DNA of 64,000 nucleotides from Escherichia coli (GTDB lineage Bacteria; Pseudomonadota; Gammaproteobacteria; Enterobacterales; Enterobacteriaceae): NCBI RefSeq assembly GCF_050920415.1, contig NZ_CP169309.1; one strand, 5' to 3'. Shown piece by piece: positions 41,905 to 55,423 of this stretch (position 1 is its first letter; each line of letters starts with the position of its first letter). The notes under the pieces were generated by a model. It saw only the letters and a program-made list of their open reading frames with translations, ran no database searches and was not told where the DNA came from. The position numbers and the translations under genes were made by a program.

Positions 41905-44553
41905 ATGAATACGTGTATGCCTGACCATTCCCTTTTCCGCTTACGGGCGCTTCCCTGGTGCGTTGCCGTGGCCATCTCTGGATGCCATATCAATGCCTGG
42001 GCTGATGAAGATATTCAGTTTGATTCCCGTTTTCTGGAATTAAAAGGCGACACGAAAATCGATCTAAAACGCTTTTCAAGCCAGGGTTATGTTGAACCGG
42101 GTAAATACAGTTTACAGGTTGAGGTGAATAAACAGCCATTACCCGGTGAATATGATATTTACTGGTATGCAACAGAAAATGATGCCAATAAGACTTACGC
42201 CTGCCTGTCGCCAGACCTGGTGGCACTGCTTGGTTTCAAAGAAGACATTGCGAAAAATTTGCAATGGGTTCACGACGGTAAATGCCTGAAGCCAGGCCAA
42301 TTTGACGGTCTGGAAATGCGCGCTGATTTAAGCCAGTCCGCACTCCTTATCAGCTTGCCGCAGGCTTATCTTGAATACAGCGATGTCGACTGGGACCCTC
42401 CCTCGCGCTGGGATGATGGCATCTCAGGTTTAATTGCCGATTACAGCATCAATGCCCAAACCCGACACGAAGAAAATGGCGGTGATGACAGCAACGATAT
42501 CAGCGGCAACGGTACGGTTGGCGTTAACCTCGGGCCGTGGCGCTTGCGAGCCGACTGGCAAAGCGATTATCAGCATACCCGCAGTAATGATGAAGAGACA
42601 GAAGACAGCACCGAAAGAAACTGGGACTGGAGCCGTTACTATGCCTGGCGCGCGTTACCGAGCCTGAAAGCCAAACTGGCACTCGGTGAAGATTACCTCG
42701 ATTCCGATATATTCGATGGCTTTAACTACATCGGCGGTAGTATCAGTACTGACGATCAAATGCTGCCGCCGAACCTGCGCGGCTATGCCCCGGATATTTC
42801 CGGCGTGGCCCATACGGCGGCGAAAGTCACCGTTAGCCAGGCCGGGCGTATAATTTATGAAACCCAGGTGCCAGCCGGGCCATTCCGTATCCAGGATCTC
42901 GCCGATTTTAGCTCTGGTACGCTGCATGTGCGCATTGAAGAGGTGAACGGTCAGGTGCAGGAGTATGACATCAGCACTGCCTCCATGCCGTTCCTGACTC
43001 GCCCGGGCCAGGTGCGCTACAAAATTATGATGGGGCGACCACAGGAGTGGGGGCACCATGTGCAAGGCGGGTTCTTTTCCGGTGGCGAAGCGTCCTGGGG
43101 GATAGCAAACGGCTGGTCACTGTATGGCGGGGCGCTTGGCGATGAAAATTACCAGTCAGCCGCGCTTGGGATTGGTCGCGATCTCTCCGTTTTCGGTGCG
43201 ATGGCCTTTGATATCACCCACTCGCATACCCGACTTGACGATTCGACCGCTTACGGAAAAAGCACGCTCGACGGTAACTCTTTCAGAGTCAGTTATTCCA
43301 AAGACTTTGATGAACTCAACAGCCGCGTCACCTTCGCCGGATACCGCTTCTCGGAAGAGAACTACATGACCATGAGCGAGTACCTGGACGCAAATGACAG
43401 CGCAATGGTCCGCTCAGGCAATGATAAAGAGATGTACACCGCCACCTATAACCAGAACTTCAGGGATGCCGGTGTTTCTGTTTACCTGAACTATACGCGC
43501 CACACCTACTGGGATCGTGATGAACAGACCAACTACAACGTAATGCTCTCCCACTATTTCAATATGGGCGGCATTCGTAACATGAGTATTTCTCTGACCG
43601 GTTATCGCTACGAGTATGACGACAGTGCTGACAAAGGCGTCTACATCTCCTTAAGTATGCCGTGGGGCGATAGCAGCGTTGTGAGTTACAACGGCAACTA
43701 CGGTAGTGGTTCAGACAGCAGCCAGGTAGGGTATTTCAGCCGTATCGATGACGCCAGTCATTATCAGATAAACGTGGGCAACAGTGAAAATCACTCCAGC
43801 GTGGATGGTTATTACAGCCGTGACGGTTCAATGGCCCATGTGGACCTCAGTGCCAACTACCATGAAGGGCAGTACACCTCTGCCGGGTTGTCGCTACAGG
43901 GCGGCGCTACGCTCACGGCTCACGGTGGCGCGTTGCACCGTACTCAAAATATGGGCGGTACGCGATTACTGATTGACGCTGACGGTGTTGCTGACGTACC
44001 GGTCGAAGGAAACGGTGCAGCGGTGTACACCAATATGTTTGGCAAAGCCGTCGTTGCCGACGTCAATAACTACTACCGTAACCAGGCCACGATTGACCTG
44101 ACCAAACTGCCAGAAGACGCCGAAGCCACACAGTCAGTGGTGCAGGCGACGCTTACCGAAGGCGCCATTGGCTACCGTCAATTTGCGGTCATCAGTGGGC
44201 AAAAGGCGATGGCTGTCCTGCGCATGAGTGATGGCAGTTACCCGCCATTTGGTGCGGAAGTGAGAAACGAACATGACCAGCAGGTCGGCCTGGTTGATGA
44301 TGACGGCAACGTCTATCTGGCCGGGGTAAAAGCGGGCGAACACATGCGTGTCTCGTGGAATGGCGAACCTCACTGTGAGATCTCACTGCCAGACCCGCTA
44401 CCCGCCGACCTGTTCAACGGCCTGTTACTGCCGTGCAAGCAACAAGGCGCGGTGATGCCTGCGGCTCCGGCAGAGATTAAACCGATGATTCAGGAACAAA
44501 CGCAGCAGGTCACACCTGGCGCGGAACCCATGGCTATTTCAGCAAACCAATAA
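41905..44553 (+). CDS. yfcU: Fimbrial outer-membrane usher, intact
   Basis: 882 aa single ORF. Confidence 0.85.
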   Translation: MNTCMPDHSLFRLRALPWCVAVAISGCHINAWADEDIQFDSRFLELKGDTKIDLKRFSSQGYVEPGKYSLQVEVNKQPLPGEYDIYWYATENDANKTYACLSPDLVALLGFKEDIAKNLQWVHDGKCLKPGQFDGLEMRADLSQSALLISLPQAYLEYSDVDWDPPSRWDDGISGLIADYSINAQTRHEENGGDDSNDISGNGTVGVNLGPWRLRADWQSDYQHTRSNDEETEDSTERNWDWSRYYAWRALPSLKAKLALGEDYLDSDIFDGFNYIGGSISTDDQMLPPNLRGYAPDISGVAHTAAKVTVSQAGRIIYETQVPAGPFRIQDLADFSSGTLHVRIEEVNGQVQEYDISTASMPFLTRPGQVRYKIMMGRPQEWGHHVQGGFFSGGEASWGIANGWSLYGGALGDENYQSAALGIGRDLSVFGAMAFDITHSHTRLDDSTAYGKSTLDGNSFRVSYSKDFDELNSRVTFAGYRFSEENYMTMSEYLDANDSAMVRSGNDKEMYTATYNQNFRDAGVSVYLNYTRHTYWDRDEQTNYNVMLSHYFNMGGIRNMSISLTGYRYEYDDSADKGVYISLSMPWGDSSVVSYNGNYGSGSDSSQVGYFSRIDDASHYQINVGNSENHSSVDGYYSRDGSMAHVDLSANYHEGQYTSAGLSLQGGATLTAHGGALHRTQNMGGTRLLIDADGVADVPVEGNGAAVYTNMFGKAVVADVNNYYRNQATIDLTKLPEDAEATQSVVQATLTEGAIGYRQFAVISGQKAMAVLRMSDGSYPPFGAEVRNEHDQQVGLVDDDGNVYLAGVKAGEHMRVSWNGEPHCEISLPDPLPADLFNGLLLPCKQQGAVMPAAPAEIKPMIQEQTQQVTPGAEPMAISANQ

Positions 44554-44572
44554 CGTGATTAAGGATTGATCC

Positions 44573-45322
44573 ATGTATACATTGACTCGCTCTGCAACAC
44601 GCGTTGCCCCGGCGCTGGCGCTGCTGGTGGCCGCCAGTTTTACAACCCACGCATCGGTGACGCCCGATCGCACACGCCTGATCTTCAATGAAGGCGACAA
44701 ATCTATTAGCGTCACGTTGCGCAATAACGACCCGAAGCAGCCCTACCTGGCACAAAGCTGGATGGAGGACGAAAAGGGCAACAAAATCAGCTCGCCACTT
44801 ACGGTACTGCCGCCGGTACAGCGTATTGATGCGATGATGAATGGTCAGGTAAAAGTCCAGGGAATGCCGGATATCAACAAGTTACCCGCCGATCGTGAGA
44901 GCATGTTCTACTTTAACGTGCGTGAAATCCCGCCAAAATCGAACAAACCTAATACGCTGCAAATTGCCCTGCAAACGCGTATCAAATTGTTCTGGCGACC
45001 CAAGGCACTGGCAAAAATTAACATGAGAGACCCGTGGCAGCACAAGGTAACGTTAACCCGCAATGGCCAGGCGTTCACCGTCAACAACCCCACGCCGTAT
45101 TACGTGATTATCAGCAATGCCAGCACACAGAAAAATGGTAATCCGGCAGCCGGGTTTACGCCGCTGGTCATGCCGCCGAAATCGTCCGCACCGTTGAATG
45201 TGAAGATGGACACTGTGCCGGTGCTGACTTATGTCAACGACTACGGTGCGCGATTGTCGCTGAACTTTAAATGCACTGGCAATAATTGCCAGGTGGATGC
45301 AGAGCAAAGCCGCAAAGGCTGA
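44573..45322 (+). CDS. yfcS: Fimbrial periplasmic chaperone
   Basis: 249 aa PapD-like. Confidence 0.85.
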   Translation: MYTLTRSATRVAPALALLVAASFTTHASVTPDRTRLIFNEGDKSISVTLRNNDPKQPYLAQSWMEDEKGNKISSPLTVLPPVQRIDAMMNGQVKVQGMPDINKLPADRESMFYFNVREIPPKSNKPNTLQIALQTRIKLFWRPKALAKINMRDPWQHKVTLTRNGQAFTVNNPTPYYVIISNASTQKNGNPAAGFTPLVMPPKSSAPLNVKMDTVPVLTYVNDYGARLSLNFKCTGNNCQVDAEQSRKG

Positions 45323-45337
45323 TGCCGGGAGAGTCTT

Positions 45338-45853
45338 ATGAAATACACGTTTCTGGTGGGAACGGGCATTTTTCTCCTGAGCGGCTGGCTGATGGGGAAC
45401 CTTGCTGTCGCAGGGCAAAGTAAAAAGGTGTCATTGTCGTTGCGCATTTTGGTGGATGGGCCACCGCCCTGTTCCGTAAAGGGGAGCAACGTGGATTTTG
45501 GCAATGTCTACATTAGCAAAATCAATGGCACAAATTACCGTACCACGACCCCGCTTTATACCCTGAACTGTGATAACAGGGCGGTGGATGCTGATGAGCT
45601 GCGGATGCAGCTTAAAGGCGCTACCACCGTGATTAACGGGGAAACTGTCATGGCCACCGAAATACCAGGCCTGGGCATTCGCATCGAAAACGGTGCCGAT
45701 AACTCTTTGTTCAGAGTGGGTGAAGGTAACTGGACTCCTTTCAACTTTTACCAGTCGCCCAATCTCAAAGCAGTGCCGGTTAAACAGAGCGGAGCGCAGC
45801 TTATGCCTGCGGTTTTTAACGCCACTATGACGATGGTGGTGGATTACCAATGA
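45338..45853 (+). CDS. yfcR: Fimbrial minor subunit
   Basis: 171 aa, signal peptide, operon position. Confidence 0.7.
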   Translation: MKYTFLVGTGIFLLSGWLMGNLAVAGQSKKVSLSLRILVDGPPPCSVKGSNVDFGNVYISKINGTNYRTTTPLYTLNCDNRAVDADELRMQLKGATTVINGETVMATEIPGLGIRIENGADNSLFRVGEGNWTPFNFYQSPNLKAVPVKQSGAQLMPAVFNATMTMVVDYQ

Positions 45854-46338
45854 AAAAACACTTGTTCCTTTTACTCTGCACCTGCGGTGGCGTTGCGCTG
45901 GCGGCTGACGATGACATCACCTTCCACGGTACGCTGGTGGCACCGCCTGTCTGTGCTATCAGCGATGGAAAGACCCTCGAAGTGGAATTTCGCGATCTCA
46001 TCATCGACAGTATCAACGGGGACTATGGCCGCAAGGAAGTGGAATATGACCTGAGCTGTGACTCTGACACGCGCGATCCCGAGTGGATTATGACGCTCAC
46101 CTGGACGGGGACGCCGACCGCCTACAATAACGCGGCTATCGAAACAGACGTTCCCGGCTTTGGTATTGAGCTTCAGCATGATGGTCAGCGTTTTGTGTTG
46201 AATACTCCGCTTGCCATTAACGCCACCGATTTTACCCAAAAGCCGAAGCTGGAAGCCGTGCCAGTGAAGTCAGCCGATGCGGTGCTGAGTGATACCACGT
46301 TTTCAGCCTATGCAACATTGCGGGTGGATTATCAATGA
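45850..46338 (+). CDS. yfcQ: Fimbrial minor subunit
   Basis: 162 aa, signal peptide, operon position. Confidence 0.7.
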   Translation: MKKHLFLLLCTCGGVALAADDDITFHGTLVAPPVCAISDGKTLEVEFRDLIIDSINGDYGRKEVEYDLSCDSDTRDPEWIMTLTWTGTPTAYNNAAIETDVPGFGIELQHDGQRFVLNTPLAINATDFTQKPKLEAVPVKSADAVLSDTTFSAYATLRVDYQ

Positions 46339-46874
46339 AGACAGAACGTATTTATTCGCTCGGCTATGGGCTGTTAGCGGGCCTGCTGTTGATCGGCAGC
46401 ACGCGTGCCCTGGCCGTGGACAACAACCTGCATTTTTACGGCAACTTACTCAGCCGCTCTTGTACGCTGGTGGTTGAGAGCGGGAATCTGGCCGAAGTCC
46501 ATTTTCCGACTATCAGTCGTCGGGATCTTATGGCTACGGGGGAGTCTGCGCACATACCGGTGGTGTTTAAGCTGAAAGATTGTAAGGGGCCCGCGAGTTA
46601 TCAGGTCCAGGTGACCCTTACCGGTACGGAAGACAGTGAGCAGCCCGGTTTCCTGGCGCTGGATACCACATCAATCGCGCAAGGCGTCGGAATTGGGATG
46701 GAAACGACGGACGGTGTACGGGTGGCGATTAACAACCCCTCCGGGGCGAAATTCACGCTTAGCGATGGCAGCAATAATATTAATTTCAGGGCCTGGCTAC
46801 AGGCGAAAAGCGGTCGGGAAGTAACGATGGGCGATTTTACCGCCAACCTGACGGCAACCTTCGAGTATATATAA
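46335..46874 (+). CDS. yfcP: Fimbrial minor subunit
   Basis: 179 aa, signal peptide, operon position. Confidence 0.7.
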   Translation: MKTERIYSLGYGLLAGLLLIGSTRALAVDNNLHFYGNLLSRSCTLVVESGNLAEVHFPTISRRDLMATGESAHIPVVFKLKDCKGPASYQVQVTLTGTEDSEQPGFLALDTTSIAQGVGIGMETTDGVRVAINNPSGAKFTLSDGSNNINFRAWLQAKSGREVTMGDFTANLTATFEYI

Positions 46875-46875
46875 T

Positions 46876-47721
46876 ATGAAAAAATGGATGATTTGTTTCG
46901 CAAGTCTGATATTACTTGCTCTCAGTTTAGGAACCCCAAAGAGCTATGCTGGTGATAAGCTCTACAGCTCAAGCTTTCCAGGGACTGCAGTATATTATGC
47001 AATGAATAATGCCTCTATGCAGGGTACTTTATATTACTATGTTACGGTATTAACGCCAAAAGAAGTCGCTTATGGTCAATACAATGCAACACGCGCGGGG
47101 AGAGGCGATACTCTCCCGGTAATATCCTGGACCGGCTCAGGTCCGGCACCAAAGCTAGTGCTGGCTGACTGGGGCCGCACAGATAGCTCAAACTGCCCAG
47201 GTATGAATACGACTATATATGTCTGCGGATTTATGACTTTTAATGTCACGGTCGCATCTGATGATTATGGCTGCCCATGGATTGCCTCTCTTTATTCAGT
47301 TGCCCAGGCCAGTGGATTTAGTGCATATACAAGTCCAACAGTGAGTCGTACTGTTTGTCCAACAATTCCAGTATCTTCTTATGATATATCCTGGAGTGAT
47401 AGTTATGTTAGCCATTCTAAAACGTTGCAATTACAATCCAATGGTTCAACCATCACGACAACGCTTTCGACCTATTTGATGGAAAGTGGCAATCTCTGCG
47501 ATGGCAGTAATTTTGATGCCAGAGGAGCATACTGTCGTGCAGTTTCAGATTTATTAACGTTTACCTCTTATGGTTGCGATAATGCAAAGGTGACAGTCAC
47601 ACCGACACGTAAACCGTTAACGGATAGAAAACTCCACGACATTGTGGTGAAGGTGAATACCAGTAGTCGGCAACCGATTGATTCTACGTGCCGTTTCCAA
47701 TATGTCTTAAATGAATTGTAA
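46876..47721 (+). CDS. yfcO: Putative fimbrial tip adhesin-like protein
   Basis: 281 aa, signal peptide, last gene of the operon. Confidence 0.6.
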   Translation: MKKWMICFASLILLALSLGTPKSYAGDKLYSSSFPGTAVYYAMNNASMQGTLYYYVTVLTPKEVAYGQYNATRAGRGDTLPVISWTGSGPAPKLVLADWGRTDSSNCPGMNTTIYVCGFMTFNVTVASDDYGCPWIASLYSVAQASGFSAYTSPTVSRTVCPTIPVSSYDISWSDSYVSHSKTLQLQSNGSTITTTLSTYLMESGNLCDGSNFDARGAYCRAVSDLLTFTSYGCDNAKVTVTPTRKPLTDRKLHDIVVKVNTSSRQPIDSTCRFQYVLNEL

Positions 47722-47778
47722 TGTTAATCTTTCACCGACCAGTTAGCTGGTCGGTGAAAGTACATGTTGATAATGATG

Positions 47779-48330
47779 TCAGGGCAACTCAGGCGGCAAC
47801 CACTCTTCCACTTCAATCAACACTAATAAAGCTGCATCACCGCCGTACTCTTTCGGTGCCTGATGAAACGCCATCACATGGGGATGTTGCGCCAGCCACA
47901 GCGGCGTTTGCTGCTTCAAAATATGCTTACCATGACCATGCATCACGCAGGCGCAAAACACATGTTCACGACGGCAGGCGGCAATCAGAGCCCCAAGTTC
48001 CTGCTTAGCTTGCAACTGCGTCAAACCGTGTAAATCCAAAAACAACTCCGGCGAATAATCGCCGCGGCGCAGTTTCTTCGCTTCAAAGTGGCTGACATCC
48101 GGACGGACATATTTCACCGGACCTTCGGTATTCAATAACGGTTGAAACTCATCGGAGAAATAATGGCTGGCATCGGCCTGTTCCTGAATTAACCGCTTGA
48201 CCGGTACTTCGCTAATTTTTTTACGTAGCGGCCGATGGACGATGGTGTCCTGCTTTATCTGGCGGGTCCCCGCCATCAACTGGCGGAACAGCGCCTGGTC
48301 CTCCTCGCTAAGTGATGATTTCTTTTTCAT
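47779..48330 (-). CDS. smrB: Smr-domain ribosome rescue endonuclease SmrB
   Basis: 183 aa; Smr domain; synteny. Confidence 0.85.
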   Translation of the reverse strand: MKKKSSLSEEDQALFRQLMAGTRQIKQDTIVHRPLRKKISEVPVKRLIQEQADASHYFSDEFQPLLNTEGPVKYVRPDVSHFEAKKLRRGDYSPELFLDLHGLTQLQAKQELGALIAACRREHVFCACVMHGHGKHILKQQTPLWLAQHPHVMAFHQAPKEYGGDAALLVLIEVEEWLPPELP

Positions 48331-48494
48331 TTACATCTCTCATTTCTAATTTTCCTACAGTTTACCCGACTCGTCGTCTAATCGATCGTTTTAAACGTAT
48401 TTTTCCTCACTCACCGCGCGTGAATGCTGATTTATCGTCATCTTCATGGCAAACTAGCCGCCGAAATTAATGCGACCATGCCCTGGAGGAATAC

Positions 48495-49427
48495 GTGGAT
48501 AAAATTTTCGTTGATGAAGCAGTAAATGAGCTGCAAACCATTCAGGACATGTTGCGCTGGTCGGTGAGCCGCTTCAGCGCGGCAAATATCTGGTACGGCC
48601 ACGGCACCGATAACCCGTGGGATGAAGCCGTACAACTGGTGCTGCCATCGCTCTACCTGCCGCTGGATATTCCGGAAGATATGCGCACCGCGCGTCTGAC
48701 TTCCAGCGAAAAACATCGTATTGTTGAGCGCGTGATCCGCCGCGTCAACGAACGCATTCCGGTGGCCTACCTGACCAACAAAGCCTGGTTCTGCGGTCAT
48801 GAATTTTACGTCGATGAACGTGTGCTGGTGCCGCGCTCGCCGATTGGTGAACTGATCAACAATAAATTTGCCGGACTCATCAGCAAGCAACCGCAGCACA
48901 TTTTAGATATGTGCACCGGAAGCGGCTGTATTGCGATTGCCTGCGCTTATGCCTTCCCGGAAGCAGAAGTCGACGCGGTAGACATCTCTCCTGACGCGCT
49001 GGCGGTTGCTGAACAGAACATCGAAGAACATGGTCTGATCCACAACGTCATTCCGATTCGTTCCGATCTGTTCCGGGACTTGCCGAAAGTGCAGTACGAC
49101 CTGATCGTCACTAACCCGCCGTACGTTGATGCGGAAGATATGTCCGACCTGCCAAATGAATACCGTCACGAGCCGGAACTGGGTCTGGCATCTGGTACTG
49201 ACGGCCTGAAACTGACGCGTCGTATTCTCGGTAATGCGGCAGATTACCTTGCTGATGATGGCGTGCTGATTTGTGAAGTCGGCAACAGCATGGTACATCT
49301 TATGGAACAATATCCGGATGTTCCGTTCACCTGGCTGGAGTTTGATAACGGCGGTGATGGTGTGTTTATGCTCACCAAAGAGCAGCTTATTGCTGCACAA
49401 GAACATTTCGCGATTTATAAAGATTAA
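48495..49427 (+). CDS. prmB: Ribosomal protein L3 glutamine methyltransferase
   Basis: 310 aa; NPPY motif ([10 protein letters not shown]). Confidence 0.9.
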   Translation: MDKIFVDEAVNELQTIQDMLRWSVSRFSAANIWYGHGTDNPWDEAVQLVLPSLYLPLDIPEDMRTARLTSSEKHRIVERVIRRVNERIPVAYLTNKAWFCGHEFYVDERVLVPRSPIGELINNKFAGLISKQPQHILDMCTGSGCIAIACAYAFPEAEVDAVDISPDALAVAEQNIEEHGLIHNVIPIRSDLFRDLPKVQYDLIVTNPPYVDAEDMSDLPNEYRHEPELGLASGTDGLKLTRRILGNAADYLADDGVLICEVGNSMVHLMEQYPDVPFTWLEFDNGGDGVFMLTKEQLIAAQEHFAIYKD

Positions 49428-49461
49428 GTAAACACGCAAACACAACAATAACGGAGCCGTG

Positions 49462-50547
49462 ATGGCTGGAAACACAATTGGACAACTCTTTCGCGTAACC
49501 ACCTTCGGCGAATCGCACGGGCTGGCGCTCGGCTGCATCGTCGATGGTGTTCCGCCAGGTATTCCGCTGACGGAAGCGGACCTGCAACACGATCTCGACC
49601 GTCGTCGCCCTGGGACATCGCGCTATACCACTCAGCGTCGTGAGCCGGATCAGGTCAAAATTCTCTCCGGTGTTTTTGAAGGCGTTACTACCGGCACCAG
49701 CATTGGTTTACTGATTGAAAACACTGACCAGCGTTCTCAGGATTACAGCGCAATTAAAGACGTTTTCCGTCCAGGCCATGCCGATTACACCTACGAACAA
49801 AAATACGGTCTGCGCGATTACCGCGGCGGCGGTCGTTCTTCCGCTCGCGAAACCGCCATGCGCGTTGCAGCAGGGGCGATTGCCAAAAAATATCTCGCTG
49901 AGAAATTTGGTATAGAAATTCGCGGCTGCCTGACCCAAATGGGCGACATTCCGCTGGAAATCAAAGACTGGTCTCAGGTCGAGCAAAATCCATTCTTCTG
50001 CCCGGATCCGGACAAAATCGAAGCCTTAGATGAACTGATGCGCGCGCTGAAAAAAGAGGGTGACTCTATTGGCGCGAAAGTCACCGTTGTTGCCAGTGGC
50101 GTACCCGCCGGACTTGGCGAGCCGGTCTTTGATCGCCTGGATGCCGACATCGCCCACGCGCTGATGAGCATCAACGCGGTGAAAGGTGTGGAAATTGGTG
50201 ATGGTTTTGACGTGGTAGCGCTGCGTGGCAGCCAGAACCGTGACGAAATCACCAAAGACGGTTTCAAGAGCAACCATGCGGGCGGTATTCTCGGCGGCAT
50301 CAGCAGCGGGCAGCAAATCATTGCCCATATGGCGCTGAAACCGACCTCCAGCATTACTGTGCCTGGACGCACCATTAACCGCTTTGGCGAAGAAGTTGAG
50401 ATGATCACCAAAGGCCGTCACGATCCTTGTGTTGGGATCCGCGCGGTGCCGATCGCGGAAGCGATGCTGGCGATCGTTTTAATGGATCACCTGTTACGGC
50501 AACGGGCGCAAAATGCTGATGTGAAGACTGATATTCCACGCTGGTAA
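49462..50547 (+). CDS. aroC: Chorismate synthase
   Basis: [20 protein letters not shown]..; 361 aa. Confidence 0.95.
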   Translation: MAGNTIGQLFRVTTFGESHGLALGCIVDGVPPGIPLTEADLQHDLDRRRPGTSRYTTQRREPDQVKILSGVFEGVTTGTSIGLLIENTDQRSQDYSAIKDVFRPGHADYTYEQKYGLRDYRGGGRSSARETAMRVAAGAIAKKYLAEKFGIEIRGCLTQMGDIPLEIKDWSQVEQNPFFCPDPDKIEALDELMRALKKEGDSIGAKVTVVASGVPAGLGEPVFDRLDADIAHALMSINAVKGVEIGDGFDVVALRGSQNRDEITKDGFKSNHAGGILGGISSGQQIIAHMALKPTSSITVPGRTINRFGEEVEMITKGRHDPCVGIRAVPIAEAMLAIVLMDHLLRQRAQNADVKTDIPRW

Positions 50548-50549
50548 AA

Positions 50550-51374
50550 ATGAACAAAACTGCGATTGCGCTGCTGGCCCTGCTTGCCAGCAGCGCCAGC
50601 CTGGCAGCGACGCCGTGGCAAAAAATAACCCAACCTGTGCCGGGTAGTGCACAATCGATAGGCAGTTTTTCAAATGGCTGTATCGTTGGTGCTGACACGC
50701 TGCCGATACAGTCCGAACATTATCAGGTCATGCGTACCGATCAGCGTCGCTATTTCGGGCACCCGGACCTGGTGATGTTTATCCAGCGTCTGAGTAGCCA
50801 GGTGAGCAATCTGGGTATGGGCACGGTGCTGATTGGCGATATGGGAATGCCTGCTGGTGGGCGTTTCAATGGCGGTCACGCCAGTCATCAGACCGGACTG
50901 GATGTGGACATCTTCCTGCAACTGCCGAAAAAACGCTGGACCTCCGCGCAACTCTTGCGCCCGCAAGCATTAGATTTGGTTTCCCGCGACGGTAAACACG
51001 TTGTCCCCGCGCTGTGGAAGCCCGAAATTTTCAGCTTGATTAAACTCGCCGCGCAGGACAAAGACGTCACGCGTATTTTTGTTAATCCGGCGATTAAACA
51101 ACAACTTTGCCTTGATGCGGGCACCGATCGCGACTGGTTGCGCAAAGTGCGACCCTGGTTCCAGCATCGCGCCCATATGCATGTACGATTACGTTGTCCT
51201 GCCGATAGTCTGGAGTGTGAAGATCAACCTTTACCGCCACCGGGCGATGGTTGCGGGGCAGAACTGCAAAGCTGGTTTGAACCTCCAAAACCGGGAACAA
51301 CAAAGCCTGAGAAGAAGACACCGCCTCCGTTGCCGCCTTCCTGCCAGGCGCTACTGGATGAGCACGTGATCTAA
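50550..51374 (+). CDS. mepA: Murein DD-endopeptidase MepA
   Basis: 274 aa with signal peptide; synteny. Confidence 0.9.
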   Translation: MNKTAIALLALLASSASLAATPWQKITQPVPGSAQSIGSFSNGCIVGADTLPIQSEHYQVMRTDQRRYFGHPDLVMFIQRLSSQVSNLGMGTVLIGDMGMPAGGRFNGGHASHQTGLDVDIFLQLPKKRWTSAQLLRPQALDLVSRDGKHVVPALWKPEIFSLIKLAAQDKDVTRIFVNPAIKQQLCLDAGTDRDWLRKVRPWFQHRAHMHVRLRCPADSLECEDQPLPPPGDGCGAELQSWFEPPKPGTTKPEKKTPPPLPPSCQALLDEHVI

Positions 51375-52183
51375 TGGAAACGTTTAATAGCCTGTTTATG
51401 GTTTCCCCGCTATTACTGGGACTCCTCTTTTTTGTCGCCATACTGGCGGGATTTATCGACTCTATTGCCGGGGGCGGTGGGCTACTCACCATTCCGGCAT
51501 TAATGGCGGCGGGGATGTCTCCGGCTAACGCGCTGGCAACCAATAAACTGCAAGCCTGCGGTGGCTCTATTTCTGCCACTATCTACTTTATTCGCCGCAA
51601 AGTGGTTAGCTTAAGCGATCAGAAACTCAATATCGCCATGACCTTTATCGGCTCAATGAGCGGCGCTTTGCTGGTGCAGTACGTTCAGGCTGATGTCTTG
51701 CGGCAGATTTTGCCCATTCTGGTGATTTGTATTGGTCTTTATTTCTTACTGATGCCCAAACTGGGAGAAGAAGATCGCCAGCGTCGGATGTATGGACTGC
51801 CATTTGCGCTGGTGGCGGGGGGCTGCGTAGGTTTTTACGATGGATTCTTTGGCCCGGCTGCCGGATCGTTTTACGCGTTAGCCTTCGTTACGCTGTGCGG
51901 CTTTAACCTCGCCAAAGCCACGGCCCACGCCAAATTACTCAACGCAACGTCTAATATCGGCGGTTTGCTGCTGTTTATTCTCGGCGGCAAAGTGATTTGG
52001 GCGACAGGATTTGTGATGCTGGTGGGGCAGTTCCTCGGCGCGCGCATGGGGTCAAGACTGGTGTTGAGCAAAGGGCAAAAGCTGATTCGCCCGATGATTG
52101 TTATCGTCTCGGCGGTGATGAGTGCCAAATTACTTTATGATAGCCACGGACAGGAGATCCTCCACTGGTTGGGGATGAACTAA
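51374..52183 (+). CDS. yfcA: TauE/SafE-family inner membrane protein
   Basis: 269 aa polytopic membrane protein. Confidence 0.85.
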   Translation: METFNSLFMVSPLLLGLLFFVAILAGFIDSIAGGGGLLTIPALMAAGMSPANALATNKLQACGGSISATIYFIRRKVVSLSDQKLNIAMTFIGSMSGALLVQYVQADVLRQILPILVICIGLYFLLMPKLGEEDRQRRMYGLPFALVAGGCVGFYDGFFGPAAGSFYALAFVTLCGFNLAKATAHAKLLNATSNIGGLLLFILGGKVIWATGFVMLVGQFLGARMGSRLVLSKGQKLIRPMIVIVSAVMSAKLLYDSHGQEILHWLGMN

Positions 52184-52731
52184 TGAATAGTACACACCAC
52201 TATGAGCAGTTGACTGAAATTTTTAATAGCTGCTTTGCCGATGAATTTAATACCCGTCTGATTAAAGGCGACGACGAACCGATCTATCTTCCTGCTGATG
52301 CGGAAGTACCGTATAACCGAATCGTCTTTGCTCACGGCTTTTATGCCAGCGCAATTCATGAGATTTCGCACTGGTGTATTGCCGGGAAAGCGCGCCGTGA
52401 GCTGGTTGATTTCGGCTACTGGTATTGTCCCGACGGACGCGATGCCCAAACGCAAGGCCAGTTTGAAGATGTTGAAGTGAAGCCGCAGGCGCTGGACTGG
52501 TTGTTCTGTGTGGCGGCGGGATATCCGTTTAATGTCAGTTGCGACAATCTGGAAGGGGATTTCGAACCGGACCGCGTGGTATTTCAACGGCGGGTACATG
52601 CACAGGTAATGGATTATCTGGCAAACGGTATTCCCGAGCGTCCGGCACGCTTCATTAAAGCACTACAAAATTATTATCACACGCCGGAACTTACGGCGGA
52701 ACAGTTCCCGTGGCCGGAAGCGCTCAACTGA
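52183..52731 (+). CDS. epmC: EF-P hydroxylase EpmC
   Basis: 182 aa; synteny. Confidence 0.85.
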   Translation: MNSTHHYEQLTEIFNSCFADEFNTRLIKGDDEPIYLPADAEVPYNRIVFAHGFYASAIHEISHWCIAGKARRELVDFGYWYCPDGRDAQTQGQFEDVEVKPQALDWLFCVAAGYPFNVSCDNLEGDFEPDRVVFQRRVHAQVMDYLANGIPERPARFIKALQNYYHTPELTAEQFPWPEALN

Positions 52732-52764
52732 AGCCTGCGCCACGTTTTACAATGAGGAAAGAAG

Positions 52765-53043
52765 ATGATCGCGGAGTTTGAATCACGCATTCTGGCATTA
52801 ATCGACGGTATGGTTGACCATGCCAGTGATGATGAGTTGTTTGCCAGTGGGTATTTGCGTGGCCACCTGACATTAGCCATCGCAGAACTGGAAAGTGGTG
52901 ATGACCACTCCGCCCAGGCGGTACATAAGACCGTTAGCCAGAGTCTGGAAAAAGCCATTGGTGCCGGTGAGTTGTCGCCGCGAGACCAGGCGCTGGTGAC
53001 CGATATGTGGGAAAACCTGTTTCAACAGGCTTCACAGCAGTAA
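52765..53043 (+). CDS. yfcL: YfcL family protein
   Basis: 92 aa; synteny. Confidence 0.8.
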   Translation: MIAEFESRILALIDGMVDHASDDELFASGYLRGHLTLAIAELESGDDHSAQAVHKTVSQSLEKAIGAGELSPRDQALVTDMWENLFQQASQQ

Positions 53044-53063
53044 GTTGTTGGCGTCTGGAGCGT

Positions 53064-53244
<181 letters not shown>

Positions 53245-53258
53245 GCTGCCAAAGCAGA

Positions 53259-55331
<2,073 letters not shown>

Positions 55332-55423
55332 CTATTAATTGGCTGATCGGACTTGTTCGGCGTACAAGTGTACGCTATTGTGCATTCGAAACTTACTCTA
55401 TGTGCGACTTACAGAGGTATTGA

